Origin: an uncultured delta proteobacterium
GTDB lineage: Bacteria; Myxococcota_A; Polyangia; Fen-1088
NCBI GenBank assembly: GCA_963755125.1
Contig: CAVWIP010000012.1
Location: 288,001-352,000 of the forward strand
Length of the DNA stretch: 64,000 nucleotides
Reading direction: 5' to 3'
The notes under the pieces are model-generated. The model saw only the letters and a list, made by a program, of their open reading frames with translations, did not search any database and was not told the origin of the DNA. Shown one piece after another: positions 9,308 to 19,002 of the stretch (positions are counted from its first letter, which is position 1; every line of letters starts with the position of its first letter). The translations under genes and the position numbers were made by a program.

Positions 9308-10632
9308 GGCCGCACCTCCTTGCCGCCGAGGCCGGCAGCCGCGGGCGAAGGCTGACCCGCCTGGCGCGCGAGCAGCGCCGTGATGTCCACACCGGTCGTG
9401 GCAAACAGCGAGCGCAGCACCTCGGCCACCGCCGCCGGGTAGGACGCGGCAAAGCGGGGCAGGGCCTGCCCGTCGCCGCCGTCGATTAGGTGCACCGGAC
9501 CCAGCTTGATGCGCTGGACGGCGTCGACCACGATCTTGGTGATGTCCTCAATCTTGTTGATGAGGAACATGTCCTGCGCGGACGGCCCCGCCTTGGTCCA
9601 GGCGTCCGCCACCAGCCCCAGCGACTCTGCGGTGGCGCGGCCGTTTTCCGCGGTGGGCGCAGCCGCGCCGGCAGCGGCCAGGGCCGCGGCTTCGCGCTGG
9701 ATGTCGGCGGGCACCACCACGTCGCTCTGCAGGCGCAGGGCCTCCAGATCGCGGCGCACGCCTTCCAGATCCTGCATGGCGAGCGCGTGGGCCGCCAGGG
9801 CACCGGCCTCGGCGCGTTCCTCGATGGACTTGGCCTCGGCCTCCAACTCGGCGGCGATGCGGCGCACGTCATTGCGGCGCTGGGCGATGGTGCGCTCGGC
9901 CTCGGCCTCGGCCACCTTCGCACGCATCTCGGCCGCTGCGGCTTCCTTGGCCGCCTCGTTGTGCGCGTTGGACTCGGCGATCTCGGCGTCCTTGACCACC
10001 TGGGCGATCTGCCCGCGGCCGATGCTGGCCAGGTAGTTGGCGTCGTCGGTGACATGCTGGATCTTCAGCACGTCCAGGTGCAGGCCCAGCTTGGCCAGGT
10101 CGTGCTCCACTTCTTGCGAGAGCGACTCGGCGAATTTCAGGCGATCCTCGTTGACCTCCTCGGGGGTCAAGGTGGCCAGCACGCCGCGCAGGTTGCCTTC
10201 CAGGGTTTCCTTGGCCACCTGCTGGATGTCGCCCAGGCCGCGGCCCAGGAAGCGCTCCACCGCGTTCATCACCACCTTGGGGTTCGACGAGATCTTGGTG
10301 ATGGCGATGGCGCGAACCCGCAGCGGGATGCCCACGCGCGTGTAGGCGCCGTTGATGGAAACGTCGATGGGGATGCTGCGCATGTCCATGCGCTCGACGG
10401 TCTCGATGATCGGCAGGCGCATGGCCCAGCCGCCGGTCACCACGCGATAGCCGACCTGCGAGCCGTCCTCGGTGCGCCGACGCCGGCCGGAAATCACCAG
10501 GAGCTGATTGGGTCGACAGATATAGAGAAAGTGGCTGATTATGCCCAGCAGGATCAGAAACGCCGCTCCGATCACCAGACCCGCCACCGCGGCTGCCACG
10601 GGATTCATTGTCGCGTCGGCTACTTCAGTCAC
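9304..10632 (-). CDS. Flotillin/SPFH (band 7) protein, second paralog
   Basis: Same SPFH core motif and AEA-rich coiled coil; 4-nt overlaps with both neighbours. Confidence 0.92.
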   Translation of the reverse strand: MTEVADATMNPVAAAVAGLVIGAAFLILLGIISHFLYICRPNQLLVISGRRRRTEDGSQVGYRVVTGGWAMRLPIIETVERMDMRSIPIDVSINGAYTRVGIPLRVRAIAITKISSNPKVVMNAVERFLGRGLGDIQQVAKETLEGNLRGVLATLTPEEVNEDRLKFAESLSQEVEHDLAKLGLHLDVLKIQHVTDDANYLASIGRGQIAQVVKDAEIAESNAHNEAAKEAAAAEMRAKVAEAEAERTIAQRRNDVRRIAAELEAEAKSIEERAEAGALAAHALAMQDLEGVRRDLEALRLQSDVVVPADIQREAAALAAAGAAAPTAENGRATAESLGLVADAWTKAGPSAQDMFLINKIEDITKIVVDAVQRIKLGPVHLIDGGDGQALPRFAASYPAAVAEVLRSLFATTGVDITALLARQAGQPSPAAAGLGGKEVRP

Positions 10633-11231
10633 GATTCCTCCTTCCCAAAATCTTGGTTGTCTTCCGTCCCAGAGTTGAGAGCAGCGGGGGTCGGCTCTAC
10701 CAGTGCGGTCAAGCCACGCATGCCCACGACCAGCACAGTGCTTTGCGCTGGAATCTCGGTTTCAAGATCGGTTTCTGCCAGCAGGTCAGTCTCAACGCCG
10801 CCGATCGACAGGCGTATCTTGCTGCGTGCGCCCCGTCGCAGCGGGAGCAGCAGCTTGCCCTCGCGGCCGATGTGGCTGCTGGCCTCGGGCAGCACGCCCA
10901 CCGCATCGCGGGTCAGGCGGCCGAGCGCCCAGCTCGCACCCCAGCCCGAGCCAACGCCGCCAGTCGCCGCCAGCCAGGGAATCAGGGACGTCGGAGTTCC
11001 ACCCAGGGTCAGGGCCACGCCGGCCAGGCCGAAGAAGGTCACGCCCCAGGTCCAGAAACGCAGGCTCAGGAATGGCAGCCGTCCGGCCCAGTCATGGTGT
11101 CCGGCATGATCCGTGCCGGCGTGGGTATCACCCATGTGGGCGTCGCCGCCGCCGCTGTCGTGCCCGCCGAACACGGAGGCGCCCAGCACGACGCCGCCAG
11201 CCAGCAGACATACAATGTAGGCAGAGAGCAT
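10629..11231 (-). CDS. NfeD-like (YqiJ/YuaF-type) membrane protein with C-terminal OB fold
   Basis: TM, His/Asp-rich loop, FLSLRFWTW, two more TMs, IGREG...beta-rich tail; immediately upstream of the flotillins. Confidence 0.8.
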   Translation of the reverse strand: MLSAYIVCLLAGGVVLGASVFGGHDSGGGDAHMGDTHAGTDHAGHHDWAGRLPFLSLRFWTWGVTFFGLAGVALTLGGTPTSLIPWLAATGGVGSGWGASWALGRLTRDAVGVLPEASSHIGREGKLLLPLRRGARSKIRLSIGGVETDLLAETDLETEIPAQSTVLVVGMRGLTALVEPTPAALNSGTEDNQDFGKEES

Positions 11232-11249
11232 GGGCGGAAGAGTGAGGAA

Positions 11250-12899
11250 TCAAACCACGAACCGCCCGCGGGATCTAGCGCGTGAGGAGCCGGCGAGCTT
11301 TGCTCGCCGCGGACCATCGCGGGAGGGGTTCGGAACCCTCCCAGGGTTCCCATGGGAATTGTCAGGGCGTCGGCGAATCAGGTGAGCGGCGGCGAGTGCG
11401 ACACCCAGCAAACCAGGCCAAAAGCCGGCATCTCGATCAGAAACGCTTCGACAGGCACACCCGCCGTCCAACATTCTGGGGGCCTTCCGATCGGCCGCGC
11501 CGTCGGAGATCGACCCGCTTGACCCGTCTCCATCGCTGATCGCGGTTGCATCCGAGGCCGAGCCGCCATCTTGGCCCGAAGTTCTGCCAGCGCTCGCGTC
11601 CCCGCCGCCATCATTTCCGCCGCTGGCCGCACCGCCAGCCCCAGCGGTGCCATCACTTTCACTGCCGCTTCCGTCGGCATTGCCGCCGCTAGCGCCCGCG
11701 TTTGCGCTGCTGTCGCTGGCAAGAGAGCTGTCCAGGTCCGGAGCGTCGACGTCGGCTTCGTTGCTGCCCGTCGCGTCCCGTACTTCTCCGCTGTCCTTGA
11801 TGCTGCTCGGGGCATCGTCGCTGGCCGCCCACCCCGTGTCGCCTTCAGCATCGAGGTCGGGCTCGCTGCCGGCTCCGCGGAAATCACGCGAACCGCCGTC
11901 GGCAGAACCGTCGGTTGTTGCCCCTCGGCCGGCAGTGTCGGCTCCGGCCTCGGCCTGTCCCCCGCCTGCGTCGGTGCGCAAAGGCATTCCCTGACAGGTT
12001 GGCTGCCGAAGCATGGTCTCGCCCTGGCACACAGTCGACCAGGTGCCAACGCCGTCCCCGGGGTTGGTGGGAAATCCGGTACACGCAGCGGTCGGATTCC
12101 AGCCGCTGGCGTCGTGGCAGGGTGTCAGATCGACGCCCGACTGCTGCTCGGCCCAGGCCACGTGGTAGGGGACGGACGTGTAGGTAGAGACGCGCGGGGC
12201 TACGTCGTTTGCCGAGATTGTCGGCGAGCAACAGTCCTCACCGATGAGACGCCAGGTGCTGTCAGGCATCTGGAAGAAGAGCGGCCCGCCCGAGTCGCCG
12301 TAGTACTCGCCGTCCTGGCTCCCGGTCGTCACGTCGATGTCGACCTGGTCAGCAGCGGCGCTCTCGATGGTCCCCTGGATCCACTTCTTGGCCCCGTAGG
12401 TGCTGCCCGTGGCACTGGTCACCCCGAACCCCACCTCCACGATGGCCTGGCCGGCTGCCAACTCGGACATTTCACAGGGAGCCATCACCGGAACTATGGG
12501 GATGCCCGTCACCTCCTCGGCGAGGGTGCACAAGCCGAAATCGTTGCTGGGGTGGGTGAAACACTGGGACACCGCCGCGGTCATCGCCCATTGATCGCGC
12601 GTTTCGCCCAGACCGATGGAGGTGGGCGGCGTGGGATTGCCGCTCTCGTCCACGAGGCAGTGCTTCGCCGTCACGACGACATGAGGGTCGACCAGCGTGC
12701 CGCTGCACCCCACCAATGGCCCAATCAGCATGATGGCGGTTGGCCACTCGCAGGTGGTCGCCAGATTCCCACCGACGATGGGCGACGCCGTTTCCGACAC
12801 CGGCAGCCTGCCGGGACGGCTCTCGCAGCCCGGCGAGAGCAAGCCTATGGCCGCAGTCGCAAGCAGGATCGCGAAAGATCGCAGGCAAGGCATCAACAC
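11250..12899 (-). CDS. Trypsin-like (S1) serine protease with acidic linker and MYXO-CTERM-like sorting signal
   Basis: IVGG, CSGTL, TAKHC, NDFG, GDSGGPL; C-terminal GGCAC + TM + RRR, then an extension into a repeat element. Confidence 0.88.
   Translation of the reverse strand: MLMPCLRSFAILLATAAIGLLSPGCESRPGRLPVSETASPIVGGNLATTCEWPTAIMLIGPLVGCSGTLVDPHVVVTAKHCLVDESGNPTPPTSIGLGETRDQWAMTAAVSQCFTHPSNDFGLCTLAEEVTGIPIVPVMAPCEMSELAAGQAIVEVGFGVTSATGSTYGAKKWIQGTIESAAADQVDIDVTTGSQDGEYYGDSGGPLFFQMPDSTWRLIGEDCCSPTISANDVAPRVSTYTSVPYHVAWAEQQSGVDLTPCHDASGWNPTAACTGFPTNPGDGVGTWSTVCQGETMLRQPTCQGMPLRTDAGGGQAEAGADTAGRGATTDGSADGGSRDFRGAGSEPDLDAEGDTGWAASDDAPSSIKDSGEVRDATGSNEADVDAPDLDSSLASDSSANAGASGGNADGSGSESDGTAGAGGAASGGNDGGGDASAGRTSGQDGGSASDATAISDGDGSSGSISDGAADRKAPRMLDGGCACRSVSDRDAGFWPGLLGVALAAAHLIRRRPDNSHGNPGRVPNPSRDGPRRAKLAGSSRARSRGRFVV
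11279..11353 (-). repeat. Double-hairpin REP-like element, copy 1
   Basis: ATGGGAACCCTGGGAGGGTTCCGAACCCCTCCCGCGATGGTCCGCGGCGAGCAAAGCTCGCCGGCTCCTCACG; aligns with 44094-44168 and 18891-18932. Confidence 0.85.
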
Positions 12900-12986
12900 C
12901 CCATCTCTCTTCTCTTGAATTGCAGCACCAGCGCGCTGCCCAGTGGACGCACGCGGCGCAGTCTACTGCAGGGAGCGCCAATGGTC

Positions 12987-13367
12987 CTATGACTGGACGG
13001 AAATGATGTCACCGGCCAGATGCGCCAGCGTGTCCAGGCTGCGCCGCTGCCAATAGACCGTGGGGCTGGACAGAAAAACGATGCGATAGCGATCCTCGGC
13101 CGCCTGTTCCTCCAGGGTGCTTATCCACCACGCGAAGCTGTCGAGACACGAGGAGTTCATGAACTCAAGCCGGCGCAGGTCCACGCTGATTTCGGTCAGC
13201 GCCCGGCGCTGGGCTTCGGCGTGCAGAGTGCGCAAGAACCGGTCCAGGTATCTCTTCACCATCACGTCAGCCGTCCCACACAGCGCCACATCCATGCGAC
13301 GTCCCGTGATGCTGGCTTCCGCGCTGAAGTCGTTTCCCCGGACGGCCTCGTGCCAGGCCTTAACCAC
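12987..13367 (-). CDS. STAS-like (anti-sigma-factor antagonist-like) protein
   Basis: VDLRRLEFMNSSCL resembles the STAS phosphorylation loop; 126 aa. Confidence 0.65.
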   Translation of the reverse strand: MVKAWHEAVRGNDFSAEASITGRRMDVALCGTADVMVKRYLDRFLRTLHAEAQRRALTEISVDLRRLEFMNSSCLDSFAWWISTLEEQAAEDRYRIVFLSSPTVYWQRRSLDTLAHLAGDIISVQS

Positions 13368-13619
13368 GCTGGCGATCCTTTCGAGGCTGGCCCCTTGTCT
13401 CGGGGCTCGGGCGGCCGCTGTGTGCAGTGTTCAGAACCACCACAGTCTTTCATCGGCAGCTACCACGGAGAAACTTGAGACTCCCGGTCGGCCGACGGCC
13501 TTCCCCCGCAGCCCGCCAACGTTTTTGTTGACCTTTCGCGGCAAATCTCCGGCGAGGGTGTGGACGGCGTCACCGTGCATCGGTCATAGTCACGCTTGAC
13601 GTGGCATCGTGGGGCAAAT

Positions 13620-15302
13620 ATGCGCGGCGCAGCTAGCCAACGCTTCGGCGCACCCATTTCATTGATCTTGGCGCTGGTCTTCCCGGCCATGATCGGGGCC
13701 GCGCTGGCCTTGGCCTACTACGGGTTCAAGCACGCCGAGGACGTGTCGCGCCCCATCGAGCAGCTCTTTCGCCAGGAATCGCAGGACTTCGCCGACGATC
13801 TCGCCAAGGCGGTGGAGGCCCGCATCGACAAGGAGTCCGTCTCCCTCTTCGACAAGATCGCTCAGGTCAAAGACGATCCGGCCGCAGCCGACCCCTGCGA
13901 TATCGACCCGGGCCCAGGAATCGAGTCGTTCGTCGTGCTCAACGCTGCAGAGAAAGTGGAATGCACATGGCCCAAGCTGCGCGAGGCCCCATCGCCCAAA
14001 CGTAAGGCTTCGGCAGAGCCGGCCGCGGCTCGCAACCCCTGGGCAGCCAAAATCAAGAATCTGGGCTGGGCCCAGGTGGACGTGGGCAACTTCGCCTACC
14101 ACCACGAGGTACTTGAGGGGGGCGGCTCGGTGCTGCTCGCCTACGCGACGCGACGCACGGAGAGCGGTCAAGCCTTCCACGTAGTGGCCAGCCTGAAGCT
14201 GGATTTCATGGGCAAGCACTGGTCCGAGGAGGAGCTGGCCCGGCGGCGCAAGAACCGCCGCGTGGCCATCGTGGACGAGAACAACGCGCTGGTGGCCGGT
14301 TCAGCCCTGGGTGGCCCTGAAGCCCGTCCGGGCGGTCGCTTCTTCTACGAAGGTCCCTTTGGCAAGGCGCTGTACCGATGGCGCATTCAAATGGTACCGC
14401 AGAACGCGGAGGCATTTCGCGCCCAGTGGGAACAGACCAAGGGAACCCGCCGCCTGCTCATCCTTTTGTCCACCGTCATCATCGCGGTGGGGCTGGGGAT
14501 CGTGTGGCTGGCCGTGGTGGCCGAGCGGCGGGCTTCGCGCATGAAGAGCGACTTCATCGCCAACGTGTCGCACGAACTCAAGACGCCGCTCTCGCTCATC
14601 CGTATGTTCGGTGAGCTGGTGGCGACCGGCCGGCACAAAGACGATCGCACCGCCCGCGAATACGGTGGCATCATCACGCGCGAATCGGAGCGGCTGTCGC
14701 ACCTCATCGACAATGTGCTGGACTTCGCTCGACTGGAACGGGGCAAGGCCAGCTATCACTTTGCCGAGGGCGACCTGGCCGAGGTGGTGGAGCGGGCGCT
14801 CGACGTGTGCCGCTACCGGCTGGACAAGGAGAAGATGAGACTGGAGACCGACTTCGAGCCCGAGCTGCCGTGCCTGCGCATGGACGACAACGGTATGACT
14901 CTCGTGACCCTCAATCTGGTCGACAACGCCATCAAGCACGCCGCCGAGGGGGGCAAGGTACTGGTGACCTTGCGTCGAGCGCCTGGTTTCGTTGTGCTGG
15001 GCGTGCGCGACTTCGGGCCCGGCGTGCCGCGCGACGAACACAACCGGATCTTCGAGCGTTTCTATCGCTCGCAAAGGACGCGTGAGCGCAACGTGCGCGG
15101 CAGCGGCATCGGCCTATCCCTGGTCAGGTACATCGTGGAGGCCCACGGCGGCCGCGTGGTGTTGACCAGCCCGGTCGCCAGCAAGCAGGATGGCCCCCCT
15201 GGCTCGCTGTTCGAGGTATTCTTGCCGGCACCCGTCGCGGCCAGCGCCAGGCCAAGCGCCGCCCAGGCGTCGGTCGACGCAACCCCAGCCGTCGAATCAT
15301 GA
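13620..15302 (+). CDS. Membrane sensor histidine kinase
   Basis: Two TMs; H-box [14 protein letters not shown]-box [10 protein letters not shown]1 DFGPG, F-box IFERF, G2 GSGIGL. Start uncertain (13596-13690). Confidence 0.93.
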   Translation: MRGAASQRFGAPISLILALVFPAMIGAALALAYYGFKHAEDVSRPIEQLFRQESQDFADDLAKAVEARIDKESVSLFDKIAQVKDDPAAADPCDIDPGPGIESFVVLNAAEKVECTWPKLREAPSPKRKASAEPAAARNPWAAKIKNLGWAQVDVGNFAYHHEVLEGGGSVLLAYATRRTESGQAFHVVASLKLDFMGKHWSEEELARRRKNRRVAIVDENNALVAGSALGGPEARPGGRFFYEGPFGKALYRWRIQMVPQNAEAFRAQWEQTKGTRRLLILLSTVIIAVGLGIVWLAVVAERRASRMKSDFIANVSHELKTPLSLIRMFGELVATGRHKDDRTAREYGGIITRESERLSHLIDNVLDFARLERGKASYHFAEGDLAEVVERALDVCRYRLDKEKMRLETDFEPELPCLRMDDNGMTLVTLNLVDNAIKHAAEGGKVLVTLRRAPGFVVLGVRDFGPGVPRDEHNRIFERFYRSQRTRERNVRGSGIGLSLVRYIVEAHGGRVVLTSPVASKQDGPPGSLFEVFLPAPVAASARPSAAQASVDATPAVES

Positions 15303-16018
15303 GCACCAACCCGCCCGCCAACCATGCGCCCGCGCCCCGCCGGCGCATTCTCATCATCGAGGACGAGCCCGACATCGCACGCGGCCTGTCCGACGCGCTG
15401 GAGTTCGAGCAGTTCGAGGTCTTGACCACCGGCTATGGCCGCGAGGGGATCAAGATGCTGCAGGAACGCGGCGCCGATCTGGTCATCCTCGACCTCATGC
15501 TCCCGGACATCAACGGGTTCTCGGTGTGCGAGGAGATGCGCAGCAGCCATCCGGTGGTGCCCATCATCATGCTCACCGCGCGCTCGCAGGAGACGGACAA
15601 GATTCGTGGCCTCGAGGCGGGCGCTGACGACTACGTGACCAAGCCGTTCTCCGTCGGCGAACTGGTGGCGCGCATCAACGCCATCTTTCGCCGGCTGCAC
15701 CGCTCGGTTCACCTGGACGAAGCGGTTTCCATCGGCTCGGTCGTCGTGTATCCGCGCCGTCACGAGTTGGTGCGCAAAGGGAAATCCATCCCGCTGTCCT
15801 TCTACGAGGTGGAGCTGGTGCGTTTGTTGGTTGAACGCGCCGGCGAGCCGGTGAGTCGCGAGGAGATCCTGGAAAAAATATGGGGCGTCTCCGGCCACAG
15901 CCAGAGCCGGGCGGTGGACAACTTCGTGGTCAAGCTGCGCAAGAAGATCGAAGACGACGCCTCAAATCCGCGCCACATCGTCACCATCTACGGAATCGGC
16001 TACAAGCTGGTGGCGTAG
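15299..16018 (+). CDS. OmpR/PhoB-family response regulator
   Basis: [22 protein letters not shown], winged helix [12 protein letters not shown] overlap with the kinase. Confidence 0.95.
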   Translation: MSTNPPANHAPAPRRRILIIEDEPDIARGLSDALEFEQFEVLTTGYGREGIKMLQERGADLVILDLMLPDINGFSVCEEMRSSHPVVPIIMLTARSQETDKIRGLEAGADDYVTKPFSVGELVARINAIFRRLHRSVHLDEAVSIGSVVVYPRRHELVRKGKSIPLSFYEVELVRLLVERAGEPVSREEILEKIWGVSGHSQSRAVDNFVVKLRKKIEDDASNPRHIVTIYGIGYKLVA

Positions 16019-16088
16019 CGATTGGGACACGAAGACGGGAAAGAAACCGGGCCCGTGAGATGACGGCCGTCCCGCGGTGGCTTCTCGA

Positions 16089-16409
16089 TCACGCCCGCAT
16101 CAGCGCTCCCGCCTTCCTCGTAACACTCCTTCGCGGCGCCGGCGGCGGGAAGGTTTGGCCAACCGCTGCACAATATCTCTGCAGCGTAGATACCCGCACA
16201 TCGGCGCCCGCCTCGAGCTTGCTCACAACCGACGCCGCCGTGCCCATTCTGGCCGCGACCAGGGTCTGGCTGAACCCCAAAGCGGTGCGCTTGGCCGCCA
16301 AGACACGCGCCATTGCACGACGGCGCTCAGCCTCGGCAACAAGGTCGGGGAACCGCGGGTTCTTCCGAGTGCGTTGCGAAATCACTTCGTCCAAGAAATC
16401 CCTCGCCAT
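16089..16409 (-). CDS. XRE-family HTH antitoxin (HigA-like)
   Basis: GFSQTLVAARMGTAASVVSKLEAG HTH; downstream of the toxin gene. Confidence 0.8.
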   Translation of the reverse strand: MARDFLDEVISQRTRKNPRFPDLVAEAERRRAMARVLAAKRTALGFSQTLVAARMGTAASVVSKLEAGADVRVSTLQRYCAAVGQTFPPPAPRRSVTRKAGALMRA

Positions 16410-16461
16410 CAGGAATAGTATTACGCTTCAAGGCGATGGCGTCAAGACGATAGCTCAAACG

Positions 16462-16821
16462 CTATGGCTGTCGTCCCCCACGCTCACGCCAGTCCCTCAG
16501 TCGGGAGTGTGCCAACTTTAATTCCCCAAGTGGCGTCTTACGGCTCTTTTTGGAAAAGACCGACAGGGAAAGCAGAATGAATTTCGTCTCCTGCGAGAAG
16601 AGGATTCGGAACGCGCGACGCTCTGAATCGGCGCGCACTTCATACACATCATCGCGAAGATGGCGGGCGCGGGCGAGTCCGTGCTTCGCCACATCCTTCA
16701 TAGCGGCCACCACCGCGGCCGCTTCCTCATCGCTCAATCTATCGAGAAACACCTTCACCGGACGCGCACCGCTGGCCGTCCGGTAGTCCCGCCATCTGAA
16801 TCTATGGGTGTGCGGCTTCAT
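16462..16821 (-). CDS. RelE/ParE-superfamily toxin (HigB/Gp49-like)
   Basis: YRTASGARPVKVFL, RHLRDDVYEVR, FRILF, FSKKSRKTP. Confidence 0.85.
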   Translation of the reverse strand: MKPHTHRFRWRDYRTASGARPVKVFLDRLSDEEAAAVVAAMKDVAKHGLARARHLRDDVYEVRADSERRAFRILFSQETKFILLSLSVFSKKSRKTPLGELKLAHSRLRDWRERGGRQP

Positions 16822-16847
16822 GGTCTCAGAGGATCCAGTTACACCAG

Positions 16848-17249
16848 TTACGCAATCTTCTCCCGGACCACATCAGCGAACCAAAGATTCTTGGAGTCGT
16901 CGAGTCTCACGTGGAATCTGCGCCTGGCGGTGGGCTGTTTCAAGATGGCGCCCAGCCAGGGATAAGTCTGATAGATTCGCGACACCTGGATCCAGCGACC
17001 GCCGGCCTTGCCCGACCCTCCGCCGTCGAGGGTAACGGCATAGGCGTCGCGGTCCTTGGTCCTCCCATGAAACTCCACTCCCACGCGCTTCGCCTCGCTG
17101 TCAAAGTACAGGGTAGCTCGCTTGAGCTGATTCGCATGCGCGAGGCGAACCAACTCAGCATTGAAAGCGATCCCTGTCTTTCTGAAAGACATCGCCGGCG
17201 TTGACGCGTCAGTCTGCGCGTCGTCTCGTCTATGCTTTTCCCATGACAT
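16848..17249 (-). CDS. Hypothetical protein (133 aa), lower GC
   Basis: ORF 16848..17333; likely start MSWEK at 17249; protein-like composition; co-oriented with the TA pair. Confidence 0.6.
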   Translation of the reverse strand: MSWEKHRRDDAQTDASTPAMSFRKTGIAFNAELVRLAHANQLKRATLYFDSEAKRVGVEFHGRTKDRDAYAVTLDGGGSGKAGGRWIQVSRIYQTYPWLGAILKQPTARRRFHVRLDDSKNLWFADVVREKIA

Positions 17250-17406
17250 TTTAATAACCATAGCATAACTATCGCACGTATGCAACCAAGACCAATTATT
17301 GACGTTCCATTCGGACCAACCAAGGGATACCAAAACCCATGGGCACGGGGTTCATGCCCAGTCTGCGCCCCAGCGACTGTCCTACATCTATTCCATATTG
17401 CGACAC

Positions 17407-17441
17407 CTTGACTGTCGCCCCTCGACCGTCGACTGTAAGCT
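17407..17441 (+). promoter_or_regulatory. Four degenerate GTCGACT heptamers followed by -10-like TAAGCT 6 nt before the gltX ATG
   Basis: cttgact gtcgccc ctcgacc gtcgact g TAAGCT cccacc ATG; no Shine-Dalgarno. Confidence 0.5.
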
Positions 17442-17447
17442 CCCACC

Positions 17448-18890
17448 ATGACCGTACGTGTCCGCATTGCGCCTTCGCCCACCGGCGATCCTCACGTGGG
17501 GACCGCCTACATCGCCCTGTTCAACTACGTGTTCGCCAAGCACCATGGCGGGCAGTTCATCCTGCGCATCGAAGACACCGACCGCACGCGCTCGACGCCA
17601 GAGTCGGAGGCAGCCATCCTGCGCGCCTTGCGCTGGGTGGGACTTTCCTGGGACGAAGGGCCCGACGTGGGTGGCCCGCACGGCCCCTATCGCCAGTCCG
17701 AGCGCGCAGAGATGTACCGACGAGAAGTCGCGAATCTGATCGCATCAGGCGCGGCCTACCGCTGCTTTTGCACGGCCGAGCGCCTGGACAGACTGCGCGT
17801 CGAGCAGAAGGGCAAGTCGGGCTTCATGGGTTACGACGGACACTGCCGCGCCTTGGACCGCGCCGCCTCGGACGCGCGGGCTGCGGCGGGCGAGCCCTTC
17901 GTTGTCCGTCTCGCCATGCCCAAGACAGGTGAGACCGTCGTGGTGGATCGTTTGCGCGGCGAGGTGCGCTTTGAAAACACCCAGATCGACGATCAGATCC
18001 TGCTGAAGACCGACGGCTTTCCGACCTACCACCTGGCCAACGTGGTCGACGATCACTTGATGGGCATCACCCACGTCATTCGCGCCGAGGAGTGGCTGAC
18101 CTCCACGCCTAAGCACGTGGTGCTGTACAGCGCATTCGGCTGGACCGCGCCCGAGTGGATCCACATGCCGCTTCTGCGCAACGCCGACAAGTCCAAGATC
18201 TCCAAGCGCAAGAATCCCGTGTCGCTCGACTACTACCGCGCGGCCGGGTTTCTGCCCGAGGCGTTGCTCAATTATCTGGGCACCATGGGCTGGTCGATTG
18301 CGGGCGATCGCGAGAAGTTCACGTTGCAGGAGATGATCGAGGCATTCACCTTCGATCGCATCAGCCTGGGCGGCCCGGTCTTCGACCTGGTCAAGCTGTC
18401 GGCTGTGAATGCGGACTATCTGCGCGCCCTGGACGACGACGGCATCGTGGCGCGGCTGCGCCAGTGGCGACTTTCGGATGACTACCTGCGATCGCTGGTA
18501 CCACTGGTGCGCAAGCGCATCCAGCGGCTGGACGAGTTCGTGCCCATGACCGAGTTCTTCTTCTCGGGCGACGTCGACCATGCGCCGTGGCTCAAGGATC
18601 TGGTTCCAGCCAATCGCACCGCCAAGGACGTGTGCGAGTGTCTGCTCGGCCTCGTCGAGGCGCTGGATAGCCAGCGCGATTTCTCGCCGCCGGCGCTGGA
18701 AGCCATGGTGCGCGGGTTTGCCGAGAAATCGGCGTGGGACGTCAAGGAACTGTTCATGGTCATGCGCCTGGCAGCCACGGCCCGCAAGGCCACGCCGCCG
18801 CTGTTCGAGACTCTCTCCGTACTTGGCCGCGATATGACCCGACGCCGGCTCCGCCTGTGCGCCGACTTTCTGAAAAAGGCCAAGACCTAA
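17448..18890 (+). CDS. gltX: Glutamate--tRNA ligase
   Basis: [14 protein letters not shown] (HIGH), [25 protein letters not shown] (KMSKS). Confidence 0.97.
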   Translation: MTVRVRIAPSPTGDPHVGTAYIALFNYVFAKHHGGQFILRIEDTDRTRSTPESEAAILRALRWVGLSWDEGPDVGGPHGPYRQSERAEMYRREVANLIASGAAYRCFCTAERLDRLRVEQKGKSGFMGYDGHCRALDRAASDARAAAGEPFVVRLAMPKTGETVVVDRLRGEVRFENTQIDDQILLKTDGFPTYHLANVVDDHLMGITHVIRAEEWLTSTPKHVVLYSAFGWTAPEWIHMPLLRNADKSKISKRKNPVSLDYYRAAGFLPEALLNYLGTMGWSIAGDREKFTLQEMIEAFTFDRISLGGPVFDLVKLSAVNADYLRALDDDGIVARLRQWRLSDDYLRSLVPLVRKRIQRLDEFVPMTEFFFSGDVDHAPWLKDLVPANRTAKDVCECLLGLVEALDSQRDFSPPALEAMVRGFAEKSAWDVKELFMVMRLAATARKATPPLFETLSVLGRDMTRRRLRLCADFLKKAKT

Positions 18891-18932
18891 CCGCGTGGGG
18901 AGCCGAAGGGCGGACCCTTTGAGGGTTCCCAT
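18891..18932 (-). repeat. REP-like element, copy 2 (internally shortened)
   Basis: ATGGGAACCCTCAAAGGGT-CCGCCCTTC-GGCTCCCCACGCGG; first 19 nt and GGCTCCCCACGC identical to copy 3; begins right after the gltX stop. Confidence 0.75.
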
Positions 18933-19002
18933 ATTGGCGCCGCTACAACAAACCACACAAAATTACAATCGCGAGACAATTGGCGTCCTAGCTTCGAGCG
19001 CC

